Below, in pieces: positions 45,214-56,019 of a stretch of 64,000 bases of DNA. Made by a program: the position numbers and the translations under genes. The stretch is from the IMG/VR virus record IMGVR_UViG_2786546892_000017; one strand, written 5' to 3'. This DNA is from a virus. Its lineage: Duplodnaviria; Caudoviricetes. Numbering within the stretch: the first letter of the stretch is position 1; every line of letters starts with the position of its first letter. The notes under the pieces are model-generated. The model ran no database searches. It was not told where the DNA came from and saw only the letters and a list, made by a program, of their open reading frames with translations.

Positions 45214-45896
45214 TTGCAGTCTCCTTGGAGGGAATCGAGGGCTTGGGTCAGTTTGGAACGGATGTCGTGAAATTGCATGCCGACGTCCAATTGCTTTGCA
45301 TTCACGTACCTTGCGCGACCGCGGCTCCGCTCGCGTTTTTGCTTGCAATTCGCCGAGCATTTAGACTGCGTGTAGTGCCCTATGAATCGTTTGCCGCACA
45401 CGCTACACAGTCTGCTGTAGCCACAAGACAAACAAGAAGGCTGTCGGTCGCGGCGCGATGCCGACAACAAATGTTTAGCGGTCCTTACGACTCGTTTTCC
45501 GCAGTCGCACAAGCATTGCCATTTTTGGCTAGATGTTAAATTTTTATAGCCGTAAGTGCTCACGGGTTGCAAAACCGTGAGCAACCCAAATCGATGCGAC
45601 ATCAGATCTCGCCACTGCCTTCGCAGAGCACTTGCAGTCAACGCAACCTTTTTGGCCGCGCACGGTCGACATGAACAAGCATGACCGTAAGACGAATACA
45701 ACAAATATTGCCGGGTTACAGTTCTGTACTTCCCGCACTCACACTTGCACACCCAAACACGATCTTTAGGAGATATTCGTTGGTGGCCACAAATGCGATC
45801 CACGCCCAACACCGTCAGCTTCCCGTACTCCCTCCCCGACAGTTCCCCCTTCCTGTACGGCGGCGCCTTCTCCCGTTTGGCCTTCACTTCTCCCAT
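45210..45896 (-). CDS. protein with tandem Zn-binding repeats of the type found in HNH/AP2 homing endonucleases
   Basis: YGKLTVL...WVCKCECG and FGLLTVL...WQCLCDCG; no clear HNH core. Confidence 0.7.
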   Translation of the reverse strand: MGEVKAKREKAPPYRKGELSGREYGKLTVLGVDRICGHQRISPKDRVWVCKCECGKYRTVTRQYLLYSSYGHACSCRPCAAKKVALTASALRRQWRDLMSHRFGLLTVLQPVSTYGYKNLTSSQKWQCLCDCGKRVVRTAKHLLSASRRDRQPSCLSCGYSRLCSVCGKRFIGHYTQSKCSANCKQKRERSRGRARYVNAKQLDVGMQFHDIRSKLTQALDSLQGDCK

Positions 45897-46480
45897 TGCC
45901 ACCCCTCCCCGAACATCACCTGCTGCGTACTCGCCGCCCGCCCCCGCCGCGACCACCACGGGCGAATCCGCACCCCGCGGCACCTGGCCACCGTGACGCC
46001 AACCCGGTCGCCCCACCCTTCCGGGACCGCCAGATACCCGGGCGCCCACGCCACGTCCGGCAGCGGGTCATAACCGCCGTGTCGCAGTCTCCGCATTATC
46101 ATTTCGTGGGCCAGCTCCGGGCTGTCCACCGGGCCGACCAAATACGTCACCTGCCCCAACCGGACAGTCGCAACGAACTTACCCCGATGCCGCCGCACGT
46201 ACTTCGGGAGAATGTGCGGGCGAATCACCCCGGCCGCAACGCCTCCCTTGATTGCGGCCCACACGTCAAGGGTTGTCGTCAGGGGCGTGGATCGGCTGAC
46301 GAACTTCACCGCAGCCCACGCCAGCCCTTCTGACGGGTAAAGCCCGAGATTGATACTTCCGCCTGCCGACTCGGGCAACCAGAGTCGGGCCTGGAACAGC
46401 CCCGGTTTGATTTGCCGCACGTACTTATGGCGGCACCTGTGAGACGTATCCCGTTCGATTTCGCGCACATCCCCCAACAT
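45884..46480 (-). CDS. AP2-like DNA-binding protein
   Basis: KYVRQ...FQARL...INLGLYPSEGLAWAA and a second repeat KYVRR...YLVGPVDSPELAH. Confidence 0.6.
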   Translation of the reverse strand: MLGDVREIERDTSHRCRHKYVRQIKPGLFQARLWLPESAGGSINLGLYPSEGLAWAAVKFVSRSTPLTTTLDVWAAIKGGVAAGVIRPHILPKYVRRHRGKFVATVRLGQVTYLVGPVDSPELAHEMIMRRLRHGGYDPLPDVAWAPGYLAVPEGWGDRVGVTVARCRGVRIRPWWSRRGRAASTQQVMFGEGWQWEK

Positions 46481-46501
46481 GCGAGAAGCCTCCGGTGAGA
46501 G

Positions 46502-47194
46502 TTAGTCGACGAGTTTCCGCAATAACGGCCTCAGCCGCTCCGTCGCCAGGTTACACAGTTGCCGGACCCGTTCCCGGCTGATCCCCTCAATCACCCCGAT
46601 TTGACGCAGGGTCAATTGGTCGTACCCGAGCAGCCCGTACCAGTGGCAGAAAATCCGCCGCTGCCGGATCGGGACTGCCAGCAGGGCCTGCTGGATGTCT
46701 CGACGGAGGTGGGTCCGCCACACCTCCCGCTCTCCGTCTTCCTTGGACGACACCCCGAGCGAGTCCCAGCCGGCCGTGGTCCCGCCGTCCAAGTCGCGGA
46801 CCGCGTCCACGGGGATGAGGGAGTCGGGCTCGCCGGCCCTCCGCATGTTCGTTCGCTGGCACTTCGCCCGAATGTGTGCGGCCGCATAGGTCACAAACTT
46901 GACCCCGCGCCGCGGGTCGAACTTCGTCGCCGCGATCGTCGCACCCAAGTAGGCCGCGAGTTTACACTCCTCAAAGTGATCGTCTCCACGGGCAACGATC
47001 TGATTCCACGTCCCCCGGTAGGCCGTCGAGAGTACGAGGATCGGCTCCGGGTACAGGTCGATAAACTCTTTGAGAATCCGCTGCCCCGACTCCCGGAGTA
47101 CGGGCTGCCATTCCCCCCGCTTCTCGTCCCACACGAGGCGGGCGAGCGGGCCGATTTTGGGCTTGAGCGGGCGGTCGAATAGTGTCGGCTGCAT
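46502..47194 (-). CDS. phage-encoded sigma-70-family factor (regions 2 and 4)
   Basis: AATKFDPRRGVKFVTYAAAHIR and LTLRQIGVIEGISRERVRQL. Confidence 0.92.
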   Translation of the reverse strand: MQPTLFDRPLKPKIGPLARLVWDEKRGEWQPVLRESGQRILKEFIDLYPEPILVLSTAYRGTWNQIVARGDDHFEECKLAAYLGATIAATKFDPRRGVKFVTYAAAHIRAKCQRTNMRRAGEPDSLIPVDAVRDLDGGTTAGWDSLGVSSKEDGEREVWRTHLRRDIQQALLAVPIRQRRIFCHWYGLLGYDQLTLRQIGVIEGISRERVRQLCNLATERLRPLLRKLVD

Positions 47195-47257
47195 GTACGC
47201 TCTCCTGATTTATTTGTCATCGATTTCGTGCGGGGAGGAATGCGTCCGGCGTCTCAA

Positions 47258-48076
47258 TCACGGCGCAACCCGCCCGTTGAGTACGAAGGCGGCGTGTGTG
47301 ATCGGCCAGCCCTGCTTGAACATCTCTTCGCAGGCCAAGGCACCGAGTTCGATCTCGTGGAGTGGGTAACTGCGGAACGTCGCCTCTTCGCTGCCGACTC
47401 GCAACGATAGGAACGACATCAGCGACCGCGGGTTGCACGTCACCCAGCAGGATGAGTAGATGCCGACCGGCAGACAGTCACGGGCCAAGCCGGGGTCCAA
47501 TTGCCTGGACAATTGACGCTCATACCGAGCGTATTCGTCCTTGTAGCCTTGCTTCATATCGCTAACGATCTCGTCGTATTTCTGGTCGGCCGCCGCTTCA
47601 GCAATATCTCCGAAATGTTCCATGTCGGTCACCAAAGCCATCGACTGATCCAGGGTTAGGAACTTCGGTCGACCGGGTTTCCAGCCATCCACTTTTACCA
47701 TTGGCCTGTCTCTCGCTGGAATGTAGAAGACCGGGTCGAGTTGCTTATACCTTGCACTCTCTTCATTGTACGAAAATCCGATCCTGTGCCGGTGCCACTC
47801 CCTCCACACGAAGATCGGGGCCTTCACGCAGAAGGTCATTGCCGAATGCTCGAACGGTGTACCGTGCCGGTGTTTGATCAGGTAGTTGATCACCCCGCGT
47901 ACGTCGTCCGGGTTCTCGACGGCTCGCCTGAGTCCTTGCTGGGCACTGGTGGACACCCATGCGGCCGACGCGAGCATGGCGTCAGAGCCCATCGATTGAA
48001 TCAGGGTGACATCGACCGATGATTTAAATTCCACGTTAAACCTCACGAACAGTTTGGATTGTTGGGACGGGGTCAT
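47258..48076 (-). CDS. thyX: FAD-dependent thymidylate synthase
   Basis: HGTPFEH, PIFVWREWHRHRIGFSYNEESARY, NPRSLMSFLSLR. Confidence 0.97.
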   Translation of the reverse strand: MTPSQQSKLFVRFNVEFKSSVDVTLIQSMGSDAMLASAAWVSTSAQQGLRRAVENPDDVRGVINYLIKHRHGTPFEHSAMTFCVKAPIFVWREWHRHRIGFSYNEESARYKQLDPVFYIPARDRPMVKVDGWKPGRPKFLTLDQSMALVTDMEHFGDIAEAAADQKYDEIVSDMKQGYKDEYARYERQLSRQLDPGLARDCLPVGIYSSCWVTCNPRSLMSFLSLRVGSEEATFRSYPLHEIELGALACEEMFKQGWPITHAAFVLNGRVAP

Positions 48077-48447
48077 ATGCGGCGAGCCTCCGCCGCCGGC
48101 GGCTTGTTGAACCCGTGCCGCCCGTACCTGTGCATCGTCGACCGGCCCCCGTACTTCGGCCCCGCCAACTCCTCGTCCGCCGGCCGCGGGACGTTCTCCA
48201 TCACCTTTTCCAGAGGCACTTTGTACAAGCAACAGAGGGTAAGGATCTCGCAGACTTTGAACTGAATCTCGCCGGCCTCTCTCCGGTAAAGCTCGTTCGA
48301 TCCGAGGTGTAGCAGTTTGCACACCTCGTCCTGCGTGTACCCGGCGTTCTCGCGGGCGACCGCGATGTTGGCCGCGATCTGGGGCATCATGCGGCGAATG
48401 AACACCGGGAGTCCCTTTTTACTCGGCACCGGCCACCCCCTCCACAA
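48073..48447 (-). CDS. XRE-family HTH protein
   Basis: [20 protein letters not shown]...LYRREAGE. Confidence 0.8.
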   Translation of the reverse strand: MWRGWPVPSKKGLPVFIRRMMPQIAANIAVARENAGYTQDEVCKLLHLGSNELYRREAGEIQFKVCEILTLCCLYKVPLEKVMENVPRPADEELAGPKYGGRSTMHRYGRHGFNKPPAAEARRI

Positions 48448-49111
48448 TGGGTAACGTCAACCCCATTTGCCCCTGATATTTCCCACCCTTATCCGCATAA
48501 CTCACCCGGCACTCCGCCTCGCCCTTGAGGAACAGCATCTGGGCGATCCCCTCGCCGGCGTAGATCTTGGCCGGCAGCGGGGTCGTGTTGCTGATCTCGA
48601 TCGTCACCCGGCCGCGCCATTCGGGTTCAATGGGCGTAGTATTGATTATGATGCCACAACGTGCGTACGTGCTTCGTCCGACGCAGATGGCGAGCACGTC
48701 CCGCGGCATCTCGATCCACTCGACGGTCTCGGCGAGGGCGAAGGAATTGGGCGGGATGAGGACGTGATCCGGCCTGTCCGAGACAGGGCAGACCGCGTCA
48801 GCCTTTTCTTTCGTTTGGTAACACCGCGCGCACCCCTGACCGCTTTGGTTTGGAGACTTGATCCACATCTGCCAGAATCTGTGTTCGCCGCTCGGCGTCA
48901 GGTCCACATCCACGAACGCCTTCGCATCAAAGCTCTTGGGATCTACCACCCCGCGATGGGCGTTGGTAAAGATCTTGAACTTGTACCCGGCCCGCACGTC
49001 CAATCCATAGGACGAGAGCCCCCAGCTAATCCGCCCGGGGGTCTTGTCCCAGGTCGGGGGCGGGTCGATTTTGACCCTCGCCGCGATCATCCAGTCGGGT
49101 AAGACGCCCAT
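48419..49111 (-). CDS. dcd: dCTP deaminase
   Basis: [52 protein letters not shown]. Confidence 0.96.
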   Translation of the reverse strand: MGVLPDWMIAARVKIDPPPTWDKTPGRISWGLSSYGLDVRAGYKFKIFTNAHRGVVDPKSFDAKAFVDVDLTPSGEHRFWQMWIKSPNQSGQGCARCYQTKEKADAVCPVSDRPDHVLIPPNSFALAETVEWIEMPRDVLAICVGRSTYARCGIIINTTPIEPEWRGRVTIEISNTTPLPAKIYAGEGIAQMLFLKGEAECRVSYADKGGKYQGQMGLTLPIVEGVAGAE

Positions 49112-49468
49112 CTCAGTTGTTCCCTCCAATGCTCACCAGCCACGCACACAGCCGGTAGGTTCCGGCGACCATAATCGCCATGAGACACAAATAAAACACG
49201 GCCACGATGCACCCCGTAGCAACGTCGCCTTGGTCGTTAGGCTTATCCGCCACGCCCGTCCTCCGGGGTAAAAGGAAGAACTACGCAGCACTTGCCCCGA
49301 AATTCTTCTCGCTCGGAACGGGGCGGCTCTGCCCCGTTCAGCCGCCCCGCCATCTCCCGGTATGAGTTCATGCACACCCGGCACAAGTCCCACATGCTCG
49401 CTGTGTTCGGGCACGCCCCGTTCTGGCACCGCTTGGGCTTCCGTTTCTTTGAGGTGCGGTCGGCGGCT

Positions 49469-50583
49469 TTAGTCTTGGGCATCGGTCGGCACCTCGTCGA
49501 ACAGGGAGGGGGCGGCCGGGGTCGCAATCGCCTCGACCTTCGCCCCCGTCACCCGCTTGTAACTATTCCACCCGCTCTCCACGTCCCGCAGTCGGTTCCG
49601 GGCAATCTCGACCTGACTCTCGCGGATGTCGCATCCGATGAAATTCCGCCCATGAATAATGGCGGCATGGGCTGTTGTTCCGCTCCCCGTGAAACAGTCG
49701 GCGACCGTGCCCCCGGGCGGGCAGCAGGACAGGACGAACCGCTCGACCAGTTCCAAGGGGTAGGGAGCTTCGTTATCGTGGGCCGCGTCGTGGCCCATTT
49801 TGCCGCCGCCGACAACGCAGTCGACGATGTCGCCGTGTTCGTAGCGGGCGAGTATCTTGGTGACCTCTTCGGCCGTGTAGGTGCGATTGATAATGATGCC
49901 GGGGTTCGCCTTCACAGGTGGTTGGTAAGCGTTGCCGTTCTGAATGTCCCCGTTTTTCGCCCCGCAGGTAGCTCGGCCGATAGGAGCCACGACATGCGAA
50001 GGTCTGTGGCCATCGAGGGACACTGCTTTGGTTCCCGGCGCCTTCGACCCGCGTCGCGTTTTTGCCCCCGTCTTGCCCCATTGATTGACCCGCGATCCGC
50101 TGCTCACCCGATGGCTCATTTCTCCGCCCGGTCCCCACTTCGGGGTATGCCCACACGCCGTGTTGTCGCTCCACGGCAACCGCCCCGGGCGAGCGACGCA
50201 GATGATCGGCTCGGAGTCCCCACGGAACCAGTCTGGGCCACCACTACCGGGGATACCAACACGCCGGTAGATACACGGTTTCCGCAACGTGAACCCCAGA
50301 CGGATCAGGTCCGCCATAAGCAGATACGGTGTTGCGGAGTAGCTGTAATCTTCCGTTCGCCCCTCACACACGATCGCAATCAACCCCGTCACCTTGGGGA
50401 CGCGGCCTGGATGATCGTGACCATCCAGTCGACCCACGCCTGACCCGTCAGGTTGAACCCGATCCCGTATGACCTTTGGGCTTCGTAAGGCGGGGAACCC
50501 ATGAACAGATCGACGCTGTCATTGGGCTGGCGGTTCCACCAGTCGATCGCATCGCCCTGTTCCACCGCCCACGTCCCGCCCAT
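49469..50583 (-). pseudogene. N4-cytosine-type (beta class) DNA methyltransferase split by a frameshift near 50397
   Basis: N-terminal ORF has GDAI...SVDLFMGSPPY; second frame has APYPLELVERFV...ADCFTGSGTT...FIGCDI. Confidence 0.8.
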
Positions 50584-50620
50584 CACCCCACCCCCTTCGT
50601 CAGCCGCCGCCCGCAGTTCT

Positions 50621-51052
50621 TCATCCGCCATTGGTCGTTACCCCCAGAGCCGCCATGAGATTCCGAAAGTGCCCCCGCGTTTTCGGCCACAGGCGATCCG
50701 GTAGCCTTTGGTCATCCACTCGCCAGTAATTGCTCACATCGTTGGGGTTGTCGCCGGCCGGATACACCACAACGGAAATACTGCCCCGCCGCAGTATGGC
50801 ATTGTCCTCGCCGTGAGGCGCAAAGCCCTGTTGGATGAGCCACGTCTCCGTCACGGGCTCGTCCGCGTCCTCCGTCGGCAACAGGCCCAGCACCGCGCGG
50901 GCCACACCCATCGCGTCGTCGCGAATCTGGTTCGCCGGCTCCGGCTCCAGGCTTTCGTCAAAGGGCGACGGTTCGTCCTCGTGGAACCACTCCATGAGAA
51001 TCCGTTCGGCCGCCGCCCGCAGTTGGTCCGCCGCCGGTGTCTCGCTGCTCAT
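50621..51052 (-). CDS. hypothetical protein
   Basis: paralogue of 32502-32825. Confidence 0.65.
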   Translation of the reverse strand: MSSETPAADQLRAAAERILMEWFHEDEPSPFDESLEPEPANQIRDDAMGVARAVLGLLPTEDADEPVTETWLIQQGFAPHGEDNAILRRGSISVVVYPAGDNPNDVSNYWRVDDQRLPDRLWPKTRGHFRNLMAALGVTTNGG

Positions 51053-51053
51053 G

Positions 51054-51602
51054 TCAGGTGCCCTCCGGGGTGTCGTTAGTGGGTGCCGGTCGCTGCGGCA
51101 CGTAAGCCGTCCGCGAAAAACAATCGTGGTGCATCACCCCTCGCTCCGACCGGAACCACTCGAACCACCGCGGACGGGGCTCGTCCCAATGCAGGCCGAC
51201 GGGCGTTTCCTTGCCGATCCCCCTGCCACACTTTTGGCAGCGGGAAAACAGACGTCGCCGCAGAGTTTGAAGTGGGTGGATCTGGAGCCGCCAGTGCCAG
51301 AAGTGGTAGCGGGGATGCTTCCACCATGCCCGCGGCCGCGGGTCTTGCCGGTCCTCGGCCTTCCCCTTGTTGAACCAGTCGCACGAGTCGTCGCTCCCGT
51401 CCCTCTCCGGGTCGACGTGCCAGACCGTTACCAGGGCCGGACGGTAGCCGTGGATGGAGCGCACGAACGGGTTCTTGATTTCGAACGCTACTGTCATTGG
51501 GTCATGCATTGGATGCTCCTTGTTTCCTCTCCGCCGCCCGACCCAGACACTCCGCCTGGGCCACGATCCGAAATCGCCCAGATCGCTCAACCGTTGGCCC
51601 AC
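51054..51602 (-). CDS. conserved Trp/His-rich phage protein
   Basis: MHDPMTVAF...VTVWHVDPERDGSDDSCDW...WWKHPRYHFWHW. Confidence 0.65.
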   Translation of the reverse strand: MGQRLSDLGDFGSWPRRSVWVGRRRGNKEHPMHDPMTVAFEIKNPFVRSIHGYRPALVTVWHVDPERDGSDDSCDWFNKGKAEDRQDPRPRAWWKHPRYHFWHWRLQIHPLQTLRRRLFSRCQKCGRGIGKETPVGLHWDEPRPRWFEWFRSERGVMHHDCFSRTAYVPQRPAPTNDTPEGT

Positions 51603-51976
51603 GCGATCACGTCCGCCACTGAATGAAACACCGGGATGCCACGACCCATCGCCTCTGCCGTCTCCAAATCGGCCCCCGTCGACAGTCCAGGCAACCGGAG
51701 AACCGCGTCAGACACGGCCACCCACGGCAGATCAACCCCCATCCAATCCTCATGCGTCGTGTCGCCCGGTAACACGCTCGCGATCGACGCCACAACGCCC
51801 TCCGGGTGACGGCTGCTAATGGCTTCATACGTCGACCCGTGGTACACGCTCCAGTGCGGACACCACGGGGCCAACCCCGCACGCAGGAGGGCGGCAAACG
51901 CCGCGTCTGCCTGTCGGATGTTGTGGGCCAGACAACCCTTGCTAATGGGGCCAGCTATGTAGACTCGTTTTTTCAT
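51587..51976 (-). CDS. DUF4406 / nucleoside 2-deoxyribosyltransferase-like protein
   Basis: RVYIAGPIS...SDAVLRLPGLSTGADLE...GIPVF. Confidence 0.85.
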   Translation of the reverse strand: MKKRVYIAGPISKGCLAHNIRQADAAFAALLRAGLAPWCPHWSVYHGSTYEAISSRHPEGVVASIASVLPGDTTHEDWMGVDLPWVAVSDAVLRLPGLSTGADLETAEAMGRGIPVFHSVADVIAWANG

Positions 51977-52528
51977 CGTTCACCCTCGTTAAGGTTTCGC
52001 CCCGCACACAATGCACTTCCCGCAATTCAGCGGCTCCGGGTGCGGGCAGTCCCGCCGCAGGAGCGCGAGATCGTCGCGCAGCGTTTCCATCCGGTTCTCA
52101 ATCTGCATCGTCGCCGCCTGCCGGGCGGCGAACTCGTTCCACATCTCCGCCGCCCGCTTGTCGTCGTTCCCGCACCGGTGGCGGATGTGGGCCATGATGC
52201 CCTCGGTCGCTCGCATGTAAGTTGTCTCGTTCGTGTTAGATAGTCGCCCCACACACCAAACACTCGTCCCAACTATCCGAGCCGCCCGCCGGGTCCGCAT
52301 GCCACTTCGTCGTCGGGTGCCGGCAGTCGCGATGTACGGCCGCCAGCTCCGCGTCCATCGCCGTAATCGCGAGCCTGTGAGCCCGCTCCGCAGCGGCCTT
52401 CCTGTCGCGAATCTCAGCCACCTTCCGCGCCGTGCACTCCAGGTTGTGCAGGTAGCCCGCCAACTGGACGTCCGACTGATCCGGGTGGTTTCGCCCATGG
52501 TGGTGGGCGATGAGTTCGGGGGTAATCT

Positions 52529-52984
52529 TCATGTGGCCTGCCTCCGTTTGGATTCCAACACCGCCACCAGACTCGCGGCCGCCGTCCCGTCCGCCAGCGT
52601 CTTCGCTGTCGCTCTGACCAACGTCCAGCCGAGCACGGCCGCCGCGTTGTACTTGGCCATGTCCTCGTCGTACCCGTTCCCGATCGCGTGCCGACTCATC
52701 AACAGCCGCCGCGGGTGCCGGCACTTCTTGCACGGGAGGGGTACCCAAATTCTTCCTTCCCGCTCAAACGCCGTCATTTGCTCGGGCCAGCACAGGTCGA
52801 ACCGCCATTCCCGCCCCATCGCCTCTTTCGCGAACCGATGCTCGCGGGTCGGCTCCGGGAACCCCGCCGCCCGCACCGCCGCCAGCAACGGCCCCAGGTC
52901 GTCAACTGCCGGCAGGTTGGTCTTGGCCCCGGCCACGATCGCCGCGGGGTAGTTGGACATGGCCTGGAGTTGTTCCAGGGTCAT
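52529..52984 (-). CDS. PD-(D/E)xK-type endonuclease
   Basis: EHRF...REWRFDLCWP...AFEREG...RH...GYDEDMAKYNAAAVLGW. Confidence 0.8.
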   Translation of the reverse strand: MTLEQLQAMSNYPAAIVAGAKTNLPAVDDLGPLLAAVRAAGFPEPTREHRFAKEAMGREWRFDLCWPEQMTAFEREGRIWVPLPCKKCRHPRRLLMSRHAIGNGYDEDMAKYNAAAVLGWTLVRATAKTLADGTAAASLVAVLESKRRQAT

Positions 52985-52998
52985 GCGGACGCGGCGGG

Positions 52999-53355
52999 TC
53001 AAGATGTCGCCTCCGTAGCCCTGATCGCCGCCCGGCAAATCGCCTCCGGGAACCGGTCCCTGAGAACCACCAACACGTCCGGCCACGCGGCTATCATCTG
53101 GCCGTCACTGAAAGTCGCCTGCCCTTGGATGGCTTGCAGGTACGCGTGCCGGCGAGAGAGGATCCACCCGCACGCCACCTGATGGACCTTCCACGCCAAC
53201 GCGATCTCCGTCGAGTACGCCGGTACGTCCATCGTCATCCATTCGTCCCGCGCCGGGTCCGGCTGCCAGATCGCCACCCCGTGGGCGTTGATCGCGCCGC
53301 CCATGATGCGGGTGTGGACCGCCGCGTCCAATTCACGAAGACTGCTCATGCCCAT
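52999..53355 (-). CDS. phage ABA-sandwich-like protein
   Basis: RELDAAVHTRIMG...VPAYSTEIALAWKV...PEAICRAAI. Confidence 0.7.
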   Translation of the reverse strand: MGMSSLRELDAAVHTRIMGGAINAHGVAIWQPDPARDEWMTMDVPAYSTEIALAWKVHQVACGWILSRRHAYLQAIQGQATFSDGQMIAAWPDVLVVLRDRFPEAICRAAIRATEATS

Positions 53356-53596
53356 ATCCCCCGCTTGACCCCCACCCGCGCCCACGCCGCCTGAACCTTC
53401 GCCCAATCGACCACGGCCGCCGTCCTCACCGCCGCCCGGCACAACATGTCAACGCCGTGGTCGGAGACATCGGGGTTACCGACCGCTTGCATGATCACGT
53501 CCTCTGTGTCGCGGATGTACTGCTCCGGGTCGTGCGTCAGGGTACCAACGAAGCCGGCTGGCAGGAGGGTTCGGAATCGAGCGGGTTGCGTCTCGT

Positions 53597-54205
53597 TCAC
53601 TTCGGCCCCTCCCCCGTGTACTCCCGCCCGTCCAACACCCGGCCCGAGACCGCGGCGCCCAACCGCGTCATGAGAATCGTCCCTTCGATCGGGTAACTCT
53701 CCGGCCGCTCGCAATCCGTACTCCACCGCCCGTCAATCGTCACCCACGCCATCCGGTCGCCCAGAATCTCCTCTTCCGTCAGGTCGCCGCAGCCGACTTC
53801 GGCATACGGTGCCCATTCGCCCCACGCGGCCATCTCGAAGCCGACCCCCGCCCCCTCGCAATCGTCGCGCAACTTCCGCACCCACGTAGGATGACAGGGC
53901 TGTGCGTCGGGGCCGGTCTCGCCCCGCACAATCACCGCGTCCAGGTTCCGCCCCGCAATCTTCAAAGGCCGGTCCGACGGGCACACACGGCACAACACCA
54001 CCTCCCAGAGCGGGCTTTCCTCGTCGGGATCACGAGCTTGACCGCATTCTTCGCATCGCCACCAGCCCAGGTGGTAGGCCGCGAGCGACACTGGACCGCC
54101 CGCCCCCAACACCACTTCTACCTCCCGCCGCCCCTCCAGCCGGAGGAACGGTGGGATCAGTGCGTCGGCCTCGGCCTGGCTGCGGACGGTGATGCGGTGG
54201 GTCAC
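53597..54205 (-). CDS. DUF5131 (Gp37/Gp68)-like protein, N-terminally truncated
   Basis: LDAVIVRGETGPDAQPCHPTWVRKLRDDC...WGEW...GRVLDGRE. Confidence 0.7.
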   Translation of the reverse strand: MTHRITVRSQAEADALIPPFLRLEGRREVEVVLGAGGPVSLAAYHLGWWRCEECGQARDPDEESPLWEVVLCRVCPSDRPLKIAGRNLDAVIVRGETGPDAQPCHPTWVRKLRDDCEGAGVGFEMAAWGEWAPYAEVGCGDLTEEEILGDRMAWVTIDGRWSTDCERPESYPIEGTILMTRLGAAVSGRVLDGREYTGEGPK

Positions 54206-55436
54206 GCGACAGCCTCCCAGAACAACCACGGCAACGACCCACCCACCACGTGCGGCCCCGCGTCCACCTCTTCCTTCCCTTTGGCCGCCGCCTCCGTGCC
54301 CCACAGGGATACCAGGGGCTTCCATTCCGCCCCGCCCATCGTACTTCATGTGTTGGGCGATCGGGCGGAAGTCCTTGCCGCCGATGCGGACCTGCCCGTT
54401 GCGGACGGTCCGGTAAACGCCGTGCTTCATGGTCGCCCCTCCCCCTCATGTTCCCCTTGTGTCACGCCCCAGCCACCGCCCCGCGTCGAGCGGAAGAAGT
54501 GCCATAGTGCCTCAGTCGTCGTTCGATCGGTCCGTGGTGTAGAAGTTGTTCTCGTCGTTCGGGCACTGTTCCCGCATCATGACCAGTCATCGCCGGACCG
54601 ACCGCCCCGATGTCCCGTATACCTCAACCTGATGCTGGCACTGGCTGCACGTCACACAGATTCCATCCACGGTCCGGGGCTCACCATTCCACTCTCCTTC
54701 GCCTTCCAGGTCGCACTCCTCGACCTCGCACTTCACTCGCATGCCTTGACTCCTTCGTTAGCGTTGTCCTCTTTGAGTTTGGCGGACCGTCTCGAAAGGT
54801 AGTCCGTCAAGATCTTCAGCAGGTGAATCCGGTCGTCCTCCGTCACCGGGCCCTGGAATTCCACGCCAGACACGGAGATGGTCGCCAAGTGCAGCCCGTC
54901 GGCCTTGGCGCGGTCCTTCTGGGCTTTCGTGTATGTCACTGCCATTAGTTGCTCCCGTTGGGTTCTTCGTTCAAACAGGCGGCCATCACAGGTTGCGATT
55001 CGCTGTCCGTGTCACCCCTGACGAACGCCGCTAGCCCCCTCCAGACTTCGTCCACCTTCATCAGCCGTTCGACTTCCCAGATCGCGGCCTGGTGGTCTGG
55101 GTCGACTGGAATCGGTGGCGGTTCCGCGTGGATCGCGCCGCACCCGATCTGGTGGAACCGAAACCCCACCCTCATGGCTTCCGCGTGCAGTTCTCTCGGA
55201 CTCATCGCTGTCGGCCTCCTGGTGTTTCCAGGATGGGCTTAATGCCCATCCGCAATAGACTCCCGGGACGATCACACCCCGGGTCTTTAGGGCTTCCACC
55301 GTCGCGGCCAGATACTCGGCCGTCTGCCGGAATCCGCCATCGCACACTTCGTACATCAACCACTTGCCAGATCCGCCGCAGAGTGATCCCCCGCGGCGCA
55401 TGGCCTCGACCACTTCCATCTGCGGCTCGCTCAGTT

Positions 55437-55931
55437 TCATGTCAGTCGCTCGATCATCTCGAACAGCCCCGGTCCTTTGGTGGACTTGATCTCCGGCAGG
55501 GCTGCGGCCAAGTTCTCGGGCGTGTTCGGGGCGTAGCCCACGGCACACCGGCAATCGAGGCACCGGACGGACAGGTGAACGGTTCCGTCCCTGAACGTCT
55601 GCTTTCTCATCTCTGTCTGGTCGCCCTCCCGGTTGTTGCACTTGGTGCAGACCAATCCATGACCGGCCGTGACCACCGCAGGCATAGCTACCGGCGCCTC
55701 GACCATCACCAGTCCCTTCGGCCGTTTGCTCCGGTAGGGGCACACCGCCATCGGGCAGACGGTGCCCACGTCGGCCGCCGTTACGTACCCACCGATGAAC
55801 ACTGCGGCCCGGCAGGTGCCGCACTGCGCCTCAACCACGACGACGGACGGCGGTGTTTTCGGCCGCGGCGGAGGGGTCCGCCGCTTCGGAGGTACGGGCT
55901 TGGGCGGGGGTGTCGTCGGTCGGGTTGACAT
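55437..55931 (-). CDS. Zn-finger hypothetical protein
   Basis: several CxxC motifs; GGAGG RBS. Confidence 0.6.
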   Translation of the reverse strand: MSTRPTTPPPKPVPPKRRTPPPRPKTPPSVVVVEAQCGTCRAAVFIGGYVTAADVGTVCPMAVCPYRSKRPKGLVMVEAPVAMPAVVTAGHGLVCTKCNNREGDQTEMRKQTFRDGTVHLSVRCLDCRCAVGYAPNTPENLAAALPEIKSTKGPGLFEMIERLT

Positions 55932-55946
55932 TTCGTTCCTCCGCTC

Positions 55947-55975
55947 AAAAAAGGCAAGGCTTTCTTAGCCTTGCC
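55947..55975 (-). terminator. intrinsic terminator
   Basis: GGCAAGGC-TAAGAAA-GCCTTGCC-TTTTTT. Confidence 0.7.
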
Positions 55976-56019
55976 GCCATCAACATTTACGTCAAAAAAA
56001 ATACACCGGCGGGTCCGAC

